This document shows, piece by piece, positions 21,244 through 33,203 of a stretch of 38,921 nt of DNA; position 1 is the first letter of the stretch; each line of letters opens with the position of its first letter. The position numbers were made by a program, and so were the translations under genes. The notes below the pieces were generated by a model. The model searched no databases, had not been told where the DNA came from, and saw only the letters and a program-made list of their open reading frames with translations. Origin of the DNA: Octopus bimaculoides (lineage: Eukaryota); assembly GCF_001194135.2 (NCBI RefSeq), contig NC_068983.1, positions 43,995,691 through 44,034,611 of the forward strand, in the 5' to 3' direction.

Positions 21244-21450
21244 GATATTTTTGAAATAGTAATGATGAATTGAGGAACTTGACTGTTCGAGTTTACGAGG
21301 AATTCTCTCAAAAAAAAAAAACTGGAAGAAGAACTTTTAGAAAGATAAAAACTAGAACGCAATCCTATTTTTATTAGTTGTTTAAAAGAAAAGCTGTTAA
21401 CTATATATACATGCCTAGGAAGATGTGTTAGAGGGTGTATATACATATGT

Positions 21451-22260
21451 GTGTATATTCATGACCACATATACACACGCTTACACACACACATACACAC
21501 ATACACACAGGAAGACATATGCATACACATGCATATATACACATGCAAATGTACATAGACACAGGCACGTAAACACACGCACGTATAGACACATATACAC
21601 ATGCATACACATGCACACTCGCATGCACTTATACAAACGCATACATACATGATTGAACACACGTATATACATGCATATATACACACACGTATTCACACAT
21701 ATACATATATATATACATACACAAACACACATATACACAGGTATAAACGTACACACACACATATATAAACATGCCCATGTACACAGGTATAGACACATGC
21801 ACACACACGCATACATGCACACACATGTACACACACACACCCATTCACTCNNNNNNNNNNGTGTATATTCATGACCACATATACACACGCTTACACACAC
21901 ACATACACACATACACACAGGAAGACATATGCATACACATGCATATATACACATGCAAATGTACATAGACACAGGCACGTAAACACACGCACGTATAGAC
22001 ACATATACACATGCATACACATGCACACTCGCATGCACTTATACAAACGCATACATACATGATTGAACACACGTATATACATGCATATATACACACACGT
22101 ATTCACACATATACATATATATATACATACACAAACACACATATACACAGGTATAAACGTACACACACACATATATAAACATGCCCATGTACACAGGTAT
22201 AGACACATGCACACACACGCATACATGCACACACATGTACACACACACACCCATTCACTC
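21451..22260. repeat. Exact 400-bp duplication across a 10-N gap (assembly artefact) in a CA-rich tract
   Basis: 21451-21850 is identical to 21861-22260. Confidence 0.9.
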
Positions 22261-22322
22261 ACAAACACGTATAGATCCTCCTGTACACACATGTACGTAC
22301 ACATACAATCACATACACTCAT

Positions 22323-22366
<44 letters not shown>

Positions 22367-22714
22367 CACATAGATGCTGAGTAGGACATTTAAAGTGCCC
22401 AAACAGTGTTTTTGCGTACAACTAGTTTTGTTGAATCAATAAATTAAAGTGTTTATACACATTGCTATACATATGTGTATAAACAGTGGTACGTTCAACA
22501 AACAGCCGGCAATTTTCTTTAACACCCACCCACCCGCAAGCCGACTCCTTCTTTTCGTGCCTCAGATACCCGACTTTGGGGTCTTCTCCACCTCCACCAC
22601 CTTCATTTCAATCTTGAACATACAATACATTATCTCGGGTAATTCAAAACTATTTGTCTGGTTCAAATAAGGAACATTAGACAAGCCAATTGTACACTTA
22701 AATTCATGTATATA

Positions 22715-23341
<627 letters not shown>

Positions 23342-23499
23342 CTCCATGCCACAATGACAACCTCAATACACCCACGTTACATTGTCAAGCAAACACCCTT
23401 ATCTGAACATCTCGACAACCAGCTAACAAAACACAAAATGAAAAATAACATACCTTTTGCCTACCCCACGATTTTTGACCCTTTCCTTCTATCAGATAG

Positions 23500-23590
23500 T
23501 TTTAGGGAAATCTAGACATTTGAAAACCTCAGGCCCTGATAAAATCACAAACACACACCTCAGACACCTACATCATCTTCAATCCCTGGA
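23500..23590 (+). mobile_element. Decayed I/Jockey-group LINE fragment
   Basis: KTSGPDKITNTHLRHL matches the pre-RT motif K(A/S)PGPD.I.N..LK.L. Confidence 0.5.
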
Positions 23591-23679
23591 CGTTTCTGTT
23601 TTGAAGCCAGGAGCCATAGGGTCAGTTTCTATGATGTATAAATGGCCAAGATTGCAACATTAACCTTGAACCAGATGCC

Positions 23680-23823
23680 CGTCCATTCAGAGCTATTCAT
23701 TTATAGCTGAGTCAACTAGAGAAATCTAAAAGGAAATATTTTGCATCACCCAGTCCGGGAATCAAAATCACGATCTTGTAATTGTGAGCACAGGACCTTA
23801 ACCACTGAGCTATAAGCCTCCAC
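23680..23823 (-). mobile_element. Decayed SINE family D head/body
   Basis: Reverse complement of the tRNA-like head and CAGCT..AAATGA body motif of 25759-25895. Confidence 0.5.
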
Positions 23824-24019
23824 ACCTGAAGAAATCATTATACTCACCAACATGTACAACTGCTCATTCTAACAATGTCAAACTCCCAGGTTCTGAAAGA
23901 TGGGCAAAAATTATACTATCTCCAGAGCCCAAGTGGTGTCGTTACCTTGCCAAACCAATTTTTAGAAAGGCTAACACTTGACCTCACTAATCCCCGTGTA
24001 TTCCTCTCCTAATCATATT

Positions 24020-24403
24020 AAGCGGCCGTGCTGGAATACCACTTTGAAGGGTTTTAATCCAACGAATCACTACTTGTACTTAAGACTGATATTTATTTAA
24101 TGATTTTCTTTTGCTGAACTGCTTGCTAAGCTGCAGGGATGTAAACAAACCAACACCAGTTGTCAAGTGGTCAGAGTGTTACACACGCACACACATGATG
24201 TATGCACATGCACACGTACACACATGTATGCACAAGCACATGCACACACACGTGACAGGCTTCACACCAAATTCACCCATGTGACATTGATTGGCACAGG
24301 GCCATAGAAGAAGGCACTCGTCCAAGGTATTGCACAATAAGACTGAACCTGAAACCACGTGATTGCCAAGTAAGATTCTTAACTACACAGCCCTACCTGC
24401 ACC
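24020..24403 (-). mobile_element. Old A-like SINE
   Basis: GCGGCCGTGCTGG…CCAGTTGTCAAG…(CA)n…GACTGAACCTGAAACCACGTG…AACTACACAGCC. Confidence 0.75.
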
Positions 24404-24559
24404 TAAACTCACAAACCTAACGCGGAACATATATGATGGTTTCAACAACCCCCAAACTCACTATCCACGCTCATACAAGAAATACTCTGAATAAAAGCCT
24501 AAAGAAACAAGAAATAAATGCTAGTTTACAAATGACTCCTCGGGCCAATATTCTCAACA

Positions 24560-25640
24560 AATCTCTTCCCTGTTTTCTTTCTTCGATTGATGCTTGCTCC
24601 CTTTTGGCAGGCAACATCCTCTCTTCTCCAGCATGGACTAATTCCCACAGGGAGATGGATAAAGCTCTATCACAGTGGAGAGAGCTGGGTTTGTCAGTTC
24701 CGGTTACAGTAGAGATAGACGGAATCAGAGAGTATGGAACAATCTGGATTCAGGTGTCACTTTTAACTCTCTCCTGGATCAATCTGATCAATTTTCAAGG
24801 TGTTGCCTACTTTCAGCTTGTACAAAATTCTCGGGGGACTGGATTGATGCCCTGCCTGAGGCCAACATTGGTGGTCTACTCAGTCTAGATGAACTCTGCA
24901 TCTTCATTGCATTGAGAGTCAGAGCTGATGCCTGTAGGGGACTGAGATGCTGTTGTGGTAGGCCCTTCAACCCCACAGGTCTTCATGGTCTGTCTTGCCA
25001 CCTAGATGCTGGTCACTTCACTCGTCACCCTGAGTTAAACCTTATCATTAAGCGGGCCCTGACTCTGATTAATATCCCTTCAATTCTGGAGCCGTCAGGG
25101 TTATCCAAAAGTGATGGAAAGAGACCAGATCATCTTACCCTCTATCCCTGGGTTAGAGGTAGGTGCTTCATTTGGCATACCACAGTCTGTAACTCCTTTG
25201 CTCCCTCCCACATCCTGGATACTGCAGTTAATGGAAGGGTCACTGCTTCTGTAGCCGAATGGAAGAAAACCCTGAAGTATTGGGACCTGACTGTGAACTA
25301 TCTCTTCCAACTTGTGACGTTTGAGATGTTTGGTAGGACTGGGCCACTAACCGTGAAGTTCTTGTCACCGTTGGCAGCTTGCCTCACTGAGGTGTCAGGT
25401 GATGCCCATGAGGGTGTTTGGCTTTCCCAACATCTTAGCCTCGCTATCGCCTGTGGTAATGCTGCGAGCATGCTGGCTTGCTTCAGCAGGTTTTGTTAAA
25501 CCTTGTGGTGTGTGGTTAGTTGCTGTGATAAAAAAATTTCCCACGAATGGTTTCAATACAATTTTAACCAAAAGATTTGGAAGAATTAGATGAAAGTTCT
25601 CCAGTAATTTTGTTTCATGTAAATAAATGTTTACGTTAAT
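24560..25640 (+). mobile_element. CRE-clade non-LTR retrotransposon relic (zinc knuckle + restriction-like endonuclease); open frame 24675-25499
   Basis: SGDWIDALP…G.LL..DE..I.IALR; CCCG…GLHGLSC…RH..LN..IKRAL; LEP.GL…DGKRPD..T..PW..G; AE..K..KY; LSLAI..GNAA; upstream frame SLPCFLSS…ALSQW. Confidence 0.82.
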
Positions 25641-25758
25641 TTAAGAATTTGCCAGCAAGATCTTATAAAGTACTTTCAAAACTTGTAATTGACTGAATAG
25701 TGTATTGCAGAGATCTATCTCTCATCCAATGTTTTTGACTTCTCTAAAGCCTCCACAT

Positions 25759-26012
25759 AGGTGCGTGGCTTAGTGGTTAGGTTGTCAGCATCATGATCGT
25801 AAGATTGTGGTTTCGATTCCTGGGCCGGGTGACGCGTTGTGTTCTTGAGCAAAACACTTCATTTCATGTTGCTCCAGTTCACTCAGCTGGCAAAAATGAG
25901 TAACGCTGCGATGGAGTGACGTCCTGTCCAGCTGGGAAACACATACGCCATTGAAAATGGAGAACCAGGCATATGAGCCTGGCTAGGCTTTAAAAGGGCG
26001 CATTTATTATTA
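25759..26012 (+). mobile_element. SINE family D (tRNA-like head, CORE-like body, tail type 1)
   Basis: A box TGGCTTAGTGG, B box GTTTCGATTCC, body TTGTGTTCTTGAGCAAAACAC…CAGCTGGCAAAAATGAG, (ATT)n tail. Confidence 0.8.
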
Positions 26013-26242
26013 TTATTTTTAAAGCTTCCACATAGCCTCTTATAAAGATGACAACAAGACCATCCACTGCTAAGTACCTTGACATCCTTTCTCTAATGCT
26101 CCTTAGAACGTACACACACACATGCACACACATACAATACATACACACACGCATACACACATGCGTGCGTGCATATATAGACACATGTACACATGCATAT
26201 AAATGCATGCAAACAGACAGAAACACATACACACACACACAT

Positions 26243-26456
26243 TTCATCATCATCATCGTTTAACGTCCATTTTCCATGCTGGCATGGGTTGGACGGATCA
26301 ACTAGGGTCTGGGAAGCCAGGAGGCTGCACCAGTGTTTCTGCAGCTGGATGCCTTTCCTAACGCTAACAACTCTGAGAGTGTAGTGGGTGTGTTTTATGT
26401 GCCAGCGACACAGGGGCCAGAGGGGGCTGGCAGTAACCACAATCAGTTGGTGCTTT
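26243..26456 (-). mobile_element. RTE 3' end (family E tail), cut by an N-gap
   Basis: (CAT)nCGTTTAACGTCC.TTTTCCATGC…GCTGGATGCC.TTCCTAACGC. Confidence 0.85.
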
Positions 26457-26845
26457 NNNNNNNNNNNNNNNNNNNNNNNNNNNNNNNNNNNNNNNNNNNN
26501 NNNNNNNNNNNNNNNNNNNNNNNNNNNNNNNNNNNNNNNNNNNNNNNNNNNNNNNNNNNNNNNNNNNNNNNNNNNNNNNNNNNNNNNNNNNNNNNNNNNN
26601 NNNNNNNNNNNNNNNNNNNNNNNNNNNNNNNNNNNNNNNNNNNNNNNNNNNNNNNNNNNNNNNNNNNNNNNNNNNNNNNNNNNNNNNNNNNNNNNNNNNN
26701 NNNNNNNNNNNNNNNNNNNNNNNNNNNNNNNNNNNNNNNNNNNNNNNNNNNNNNNNNNNNNNNNNNNNNNNNNNNNNNNNNNNNNNNNNNNNNNNNNNNN
26801 NNNNNNNNNNNNNNNNNNNNNNNNNNNNNNNNNNNNNNNNNNNNN

Positions 26846-26888
<43 letters not shown>

Positions 26889-26899
26889 ATATATATATA

Positions 26900-27066
26900 T
26901 CATCATCATCATCATCATCATCGTTTAACGTCCGCTTTCCATGCTAGCATGGGTTGGACGATTTGACTGAGGACTGGTGAAACCGGATGGCAACACCAGG
27001 CTCCAATCTAAATTTGGCAGAGTTTCTACAGCTGGATGCCCTTCCTAACACCAACCACTCAGAGTG
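26900..27066 (-). mobile_element. RTE 3' end, 5'-truncated into (GT)n
   Basis: Same tail consensus; a further 40-bp tail stub at 27184-27225. Confidence 0.88.
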
Positions 27067-27116
27067 TGTGTGTGTGTGTGTGTGCATGTATATATATGTG
27101 TACATACATCCAGGCA

Positions 27117-27151
<35 letters not shown>

Positions 27152-27257
27152 CACATATATATGTGTGTGTATGTATGTATATATCATCATCACCATCATT
27201 GTTTGACGTCCGCCTTCCATGCTAGTGTATATATATGTGTATATATGTAAATATGTA

Positions 27258-27339
<82 letters not shown>

Positions 27340-28409
27340 TGCATACATATATACATACATGTATGGACGGAAGCATACATATGTGTGTATATGTATGTGT
27401 GTATACGTGTGTGTGCACGCGCACTCAAGTTCGTGTGTGTGTGTGTGTGTGTGTGTAATAGGGCTAAATTAATGGTTTTCACGGCTGAAAGCAGTTTGTC
27501 TTACAAAACACAGCATGTGGAGGAATTAACGATACTTTATCAAACCAGCCTAATATGTTTATCTAAACACCATAGCTTCCTTCCACCTAAACTCACAGGA
27601 TACATTCTAAGGAAGGAAGACCTGCTAGAAATAGCAGTTGATTTTCTCGGATTTTCTCTCAAATCAACTCAGACTGTCTTGCAAAATGGAAGGCACATTA
27701 ACTCATGTAGTCCACGGTGTACTATGACTGAAAAATGAAAAGAAATGGTCTTCTGAAATTGTATGATACATTCCAACAAAAGAGGGAATAGCTGCTGGAA
27801 ATAGCAGCAAATTCTCTCTCAAATCCATGCAGGACTTCTGAAAGAATGGAAAATGTATTAGCTAAAGTAGCCCAGGGTAGGCTATGTTTAAAAAACATAG
27901 ATGAGTTGGTCACAGTTGGAATGTTTTTTCTTGTTAGGTTTGCTCGATGAGGGATGACTTGGGGTTAAAAAAAGACATTACCAAGTTATCCATATTTTAG
28001 CGACGACTCTTGATAAAAAAAAAAAGACATATTTGGATTCGTCTGAACTTGAACCCAAAATGCAAACTAACAAAGTACATCCATCCTCATGAATCACTGA
28101 TTCATTCATCAATGACTTAGGATAACACGGTATGCTCATTGTGAACAGTGTTACACTTATCACAAATTGATCTTTGATATTACGGGTTGGCGATCAATCA
28201 AAAATTCTGTTTGGACTGCAAAAGCACTCCCTCCCCCTAGAGACCATTCACACTGCTCAGGACAACTTTTGGGGTCTCAGAAAGAAACTTATTCCACCCC
28301 ACCCCCCGTGTTCTATGATTTATCAATGATTCATTTATTGTGGTGCTTCTTTTTTTTTTTTAAAGCATACACCTATAATAAATGAAGACACATTGCATCC
28401 AGCAAGCTA

Positions 28410-28512
28410 TGGTTTGAGCTGAGGCTATGGTAGAAGACATTTAGTATACCTCACAGCGGAATTGAACCCAACGCTACATTGTGCTGAAGCAAGCTTCTTA
28501 ACCAGACAGCCA
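28410..28512 (-). mobile_element. SINE family A head fragment
   Basis: GAGGCTATGGTAGAAGACA…GAAGCAAGCTTCTTAACCAGACAGCC. Confidence 0.6.
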
Positions 28513-28784
28513 AAACTCAAACCAGTGAAGGACTCTCAGCATCAACAGTACAGAGGTTCATGGAAAAGAAAAAAAAAGAAAGAAAACACTAGAGTTTTTA
28601 AGTAATCTTAATCAACTCGATTTAACACATGTATCTAGAAAATGTGGCGAGAGCCTTTTTCTGTTCCTTTCTGCTTGTTCTTGTGAACAAGAGTTTTCAG
28701 CAGTGTTTATTAATCAAAAATAAATTTTGTATTAGACTGTCAAATGACAAGGATATGAGGGTGTGACTAGAATTTAGTTACTTA

Positions 28785-28915
28785 TTAACCCTTTTGATAT
28801 CAACCATCTGACACCGTCTCTGATTCTATGACACAAACTTCCTGATTAACATGATCTAAATTTAAACTTTCCATTAAAAGGCAATGTATTTCAACAGAAA
28901 TATTGTAACAAACAG
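28785..28915. mobile_element. Possible piggyBac-type MITE end
   Basis: TTAA followed by CCCTTT (piggyBac-type terminus); no partner end found. Confidence 0.35.
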
Positions 28916-28996
28916 TGGCCTGGGAACCAAGAAATGTGATGGGAGTACAGACTTAGGTTCAAAATTTTTTACAAACAAGGTAGACTTTTTTCAGTC

Positions 28997-29263
28997 TTAA
29001 TATCTGTTGTGGCAGACGCCCCCAGGCGAGAAGTGGGCTGGTCCACAACTAACAAACAGTGGACTGACACAATCAGTAGTGTCGGTCGGTGAAGGTACGC
29101 CATTCAGACCAGTCCTGTAGAGATGACGAAATACATCGTCATCATGGGACATATCAATGGCGATGAGGGCTTGAACTATATCACCACTGGGACATATCAA
29201 TATCAAAGCGAACACAGGTATGATAATAGTTATTGTTATCTTTATATTTGTGAAAGGGCTCAA
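28997..29263 (-). CDS. 88-aa ORF with signal-peptide-like N-terminus (alternative reading of the locus)
   Basis: Intact ATG to TAA; hydrophobic ITITIIIPVFALILIC, VQA cleavage-like site, three downstream Cys. It is codon-aligned with the plus-strand exon, so it may be a shadow ORF. Confidence 0.25.
   Translation of the reverse strand: MSPFTNIKITITIIIPVFALILICPSGDIVQALIAIDMSHDDDVFRHLYRTGLNGVPSPTDTTDCVSPLFVSCGPAHFSPGGVCHNRY
29016..29217 (+). pseudogene. Coding-like exon (phase 1-2) of a lipocalin/calycin-like secreted protein, with in-frame TGA at 29090-29092
   Basis: Acceptor TATCTGTTGTGGCAG, donor ACAG|GTATGA, GC/CpG-rich versus flanks; translation DAPRREVGWSTTNKQWTDTISSVGR*RYAIQTSPVEMTKYIVIMGHINGDEGLNYITTGTYQYQSEH. 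The family call rests on motif pattern only. Confidence 0.55.
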
Positions 29264-29316
29264 ATGGTCTAAAATAACTCCATCTTATTGGAAATACAGC
29301 TCTTGTTTCTCGCCAG

Positions 29317-29377
29317 CTGTCATATCCTGGATGTTAAATTGATTTCCAACATAGAAACACAGTTAGAAACCTGGTAG
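29317..29377 (+). pseudogene. Candidate next exon (phase 2): SCHILDVKLISNIETQLETW
   Basis: 99-nt intron with acceptor CTCTTGTTTCTCGCCAG; frame continues from the previous exon; ends at donor CTG|GTAGGT (29373) or stop TAG (29375-29377). Confidence 0.4.
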
Positions 29378-29384
29378 GTGAGGG

Positions 29385-29470
29385 GAACAGTCTATTATAT
29401 CAACCCCAGATGGATGGATGGCAAAGTTTACCTTGGCAGAATTTGAACTCTTTGAATTTAATTAAATTAA
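29385..29470 (-). mobile_element. SINE family B core fragment
   Basis: TATCAACCCC…GGATGGCAAAGTTTACCTTGGCAGAATTTGAACTC. Confidence 0.6.
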
Positions 29471-29529
29471 TAACGGGGGCAAAGTGGCTGAGTTCTTTTC
29501 GAGCATTGGGCTTCTTGGAGGTGATGACT

Positions 29530-29656
29530 GAGACATTTGGCATTATGTTGTGCTTGAGAAGAAGACACATCAAGCTGAGCAAAATCACAGTTGTGGCAGA
29601 TACTGGTGTCATGCAAATGGCACCTGTGCCGGTGGCACATAAAAGCACCCATTACT
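29530..29656 (+). mobile_element. RTE 3' UTR fragment
   Basis: GTGCCGGTGGCACATAAAAGCACCCA, as in 34010-34170. Confidence 0.6.
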
Positions 29657-29944
29657 TCCACCGACCACATCACCCAACCGGCAGAGGTGTGTGAGTGCTT
29701 AATAACACTCTAGGTGCCAGACACCCTGCTTCGGTCCATGTTTGATCAAGGATTGCAGCTCAGTAAAAGATAAGTTGTAGGAAATCGCATCTGACAAATG
29801 GCGACCACACCCGCTCACCATCTAAGAAATGCTGGAGATGGTGATGATGATGAAAACTCATATGTCAAAGACAATGCATGAGCGTTTAGCTTTTTGCTGG
29901 CTGAACGACCTGCACAAATGATTTGTTTATAGTGATCAAATGTA

Positions 29945-30150
29945 TGTGCCGTACATTAGCTCACTCTCTCCAACAAATTGATATTACCTGAACAGGTGCA
30001 CGGTGTGTACCATGTGCCAGGTGACAAAGTGATCTCAAAGCAATGCAAGATGAAGCGTTTTGCTCAAGAACACAACACACCAAATGGTCTAGGAATTGAA
30101 ACCACAATCTCACGATCGTAAGTACAGCACCCTAACCACTAGGCCATGTG
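29945..30150 (-). mobile_element. SINE family D head with a different tail
   Basis: TTTGCTCAAGAACACAAC…AGGAATTGAAACCACAATCTCACGATC…CACCCTAACCACTAGGCCA. Confidence 0.7.
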
Positions 30151-30164
30151 GCCTCACAATAATA

Positions 30165-30415
30165 TTAATAATAATAGTAATAATCATAATAATCATAATA
30201 ATAATAATAATAATAATAATTTTGGCATAAGACCAACAGTTTCGGGGAAGGGGATGTATTGATTACATCGACCTCAGTGTTCAACTGATGCTTATTTTAT
30301 CAACCCCAAAAGGATGAAAAGCAAAGTTGACTCTGGTGGAATCTGAACTCAGCATAAAGACCAAAGAAATGCTGCTAAACATTTTACCTTGTGTGTCAAC
30401 GCAGCTCACCACCTT
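30165..30415 (-). mobile_element. SINE family B with (ATT)n tail; further (AAT)n at 30415-30465
   Basis: B core on the minus strand; AAT arrays on both sides. Confidence 0.75.
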
Positions 30416-30428
30416 AATAATAATAATG

Positions 30429-30470
<42 letters not shown>

Positions 30471-30938
30471 GCTACAACAACAGCAACAGCAGTAAAAGTG
30501 AAAACATCTTCCACTTGAGAAGTTTCAGCAGAGCTCCCTATATTTCTAACAGCATGTTCAGAAGGTTTAAATATCAGAACTTCCTGTCCCCTCACCATAC
30601 ACCCTTATAACCCCATCCCATTAAATAGCTCTCAAATTTCATGCTTGTGAGAAATCATAACTGGAAGTATATAGTTAGAGAGAGAAAAAAGTGGGGTAAG
30701 AAACGCGAGCCCACAAGAAAACCAGAGATTTAATAAACAGTCGACCCAAGCCTCTTCTTAAATGGTTTTCTCTTAATTTCCTATTATTTAATAGATTTTG
30801 AAACATAAGTCTATCATAATTTATTGGTTCAGTTATTTTATTTTAGAGAGGACAAGAAAATCTATTTCTTATTCATTTACTTTGTAGCTATAATAATTAA
30901 AATTAAGCTATAGAACCATGTTATGTTTCTTACTTTGT

Positions 30939-31166
30939 AAGGTGGCCCACTGGCAGAATCGTTAGCATGTCAGGCGAAATGCTTAGCAACATTTCGTCTG
31001 TATTTATGCTATGAGTTCAAATTCTGCTGAGGTCAACTTTGCCTGCCATCCTGTCATGGTTGATGAAATAATTACCAATTAAGCTCAGGGGTCAATATTC
31101 AATATAATTGAATTAACCCTCTCCCAAAATAGTTCAAGCCTTGTACCTATAATAGAAAGTATTATT
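30939..31166 (+). mobile_element. SINE family B, full length, diverged
   Basis: TGGCAGAATCGTTAGCA…GAGTTCAAATTCTGCTGAGGTCAACTTTGCC…CCTTGTACCTATAATAGAAAG. Confidence 0.82.
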
Positions 31167-31208
31167 TCTTATGTTGTAGTTAATAAAACAAATATAGCTT
31201 CGACAATA

Positions 31209-32506
31209 TGAGTGGTTGCTGAAAGTTCCTGGCTTTGGGTAAAAGAAAACACAGGACGATCAGTTAATTATGATTTTATTCAACATATTCCCCCCTCAGA
31301 TTCACACACTTATTGCAACAGTCCATCAGTTTTTATAAGCCCTGTAAAAGAACTCGGAAGGTTGGGCCTTCAACCAGGCCTCTATTGTAGCAATCACTTC
31401 CAAATTGGAGTGAAGTTTCATTCCCTTGAGATATTTCTTCAGTTGTGGAAAGAGGTAAAAGTTGGATGGAGTCAAGTCTGGAGAATTAGGTGGCTGATCT
31501 ATCAATTCAAAGCTAAAGTCACGTATTTTCCGTTGAGTTTCATGTGCTGTGAGTGCTGGTGAGCTGTCCTGAAAATATAGGACACCGTGGCTGAGCTTTC
31601 CACAAGGTTTCTGCTTCAAAGCTTTATGCTGTTTCTCCAAAAGAAGCATGTAGTATTCTGCATTGATGGTGCGACCCTTTGGCCAGTATTTTAGGAGGAG
31701 TATTCCGTATTTGTCCCACAACACTTAAGTTAGAATCTTTCCAGTTGACTTTGGGGTCCAAAACTTCTTAGGATGCAGTGAACCGCTGTGGCACCACTCC
31801 ATTGATTGCTACTTGGTCTGGGGATCATAATGATGAAGCCAAGTTTCATCCAGGCTGACTAAACAAGCCATAAAATCAGCTTTTCCCTGCTGCAAACCAG
31901 TCCAAAATTGCCTTTGATGTCACTCTGATGCACTTCTGATCTGTGTTCAGGCATTTCGGCACCCATTTTGCAAAAAGCTTTCTCATGTCCAGAATATTAT
32001 GGATTATGTGGCTAACTCTTTTGCGGGAAATCCCCAGAGTCTCAGACCTGAGCTGAAATCCTGTGGTCCTCAAGAATCATGATAAATTTTGTGCTAGTCA
32101 ACACTATTAATTAGGTGTTGGCATTGTTCTCTGTGGTCACGGAAGTTGACCATCCTGGCTGGGGTTCATCTGTAACCTTGAAATGACCAGCCTGAAACCT
32201 TGACACCCAGATTTTCACTGTGGAGTAAGATGGGCAGCCATCCTTCAAGACTTCCTTCACTTTGCCATGGATTTCTGCAGCTTCTTTTCCTTGCAAAAAG
32301 AGCAACTTCATGACTGCTCTTACTTCAGTTTTACCAAAATCCACTGTAGGAGCTGCCATCATGCATTAAATCTGCAAAAAAGAGAAAGATATATCATAAT
32401 TTTTTGCATATCTTCTCCTAAATAGTTGTTCTACCTCTCCTGTTAAGGTAACAGCTCTACCCTTTCATGATACCCTTAAAGCCATGAACTTTATGGTGCC
32501 CCCTCG
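31209..32506 (-). mobile_element. Full-length (~1.3 kb) decayed mariner, irritans (Himar1-like) subfamily
   Basis: TA-flanked ends sharing AAAGTTC.TGGCTTT; transposase pieces EVRAVMK.LFLQGK, ISRKRVSHIIHNILDMRKL.AKWVP, QD…PPNSPDLTPSNFYLF; frameshifts. Confidence 0.92.
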
Positions 32507-32561
32507 TAACATGTATGTAGTTTGATCTGAGATGGGCCTCATCAGAGTCATGTCGAACAAC

Positions 32562-32605
32562 ATCATCATCATCATCGTTTAACGTCCGCCTTCCATGCTA
32601 GCATG
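32562..32605 (-). mobile_element. RTE 3' tail at the edge of an N-gap
   Basis: (CAT)nCGTTTAACGTCCGCCTTCCATGCTAGCATG. Confidence 0.8.
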
Positions 32606-33155
32606 NNNNNNNNNNNNNNNNNNNNNNNNNNNNNNNNNNNNNNNNNNNNNNNNNNNNNNNNNNNNNNNNNNNNNNNNNNNNNNNNNNNNNNNNNNNNNNN
32701 NNNNNNNNNNNNNNNNNNNNNNNNNNNNNNNNNNNNNNNNNNNNNNNNNNNNNNNNNNNNNNNNNNNNNNNNNNNNNNNNNNNNNNNNNNNNNNNNNNNN
32801 NNNNNNNNNNNNNNNNNNNNNNNNNNNNNNNNNNNNNNNNNNNNNNNNNNNNNNNNNNNNNNNNNNNNNNNNNNNNNNNNNNNNNNNNNNNNNNNNNNNN
32901 NNNNNNNNNNNNNNNNNNNNNNNNNNNNNNNNNNNNNNNNNNNNNNNNNNNNNNNNNNNNNNNNNNNNNNNNNNNNNNNNNNNNNNNNNNNNNNNNNNNN
33001 NNNNNNNNNNNNNNNNNNNNNNNNNNNNNNNNNNNNNNNNNNNNNNNNNNNNNNNNNNNNNNNNNNNNNNNNNNNNNNNNNNNNNNNNNNNNNNNNNNNN
33101 NNNNNNNNNNNNNNNNNNNNNNNNNNNNNNNNNNNNNNNNNNNNNNNNNNNNNNN

Positions 33156-33203
<48 letters not shown>

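Noticed and set aside
21451-22260. Perfect 400-bp tandem duplication
   Set aside because: The copies are identical and separated by a 10-N gap, typical of an unmerged contig overlap.
22490-22680. Possible small minus-strand exon ([14 protein letters not shown])
   Set aside because: Weak donor, no recognisable homology and no supporting partner exon.
29090-29092. Selenocysteine reading of the in-frame TGA
   Set aside because: The context VGR*RYA matches no selenoprotein motif I know and no SECIS was identified; Trp fits the motif better. Not formally excluded.
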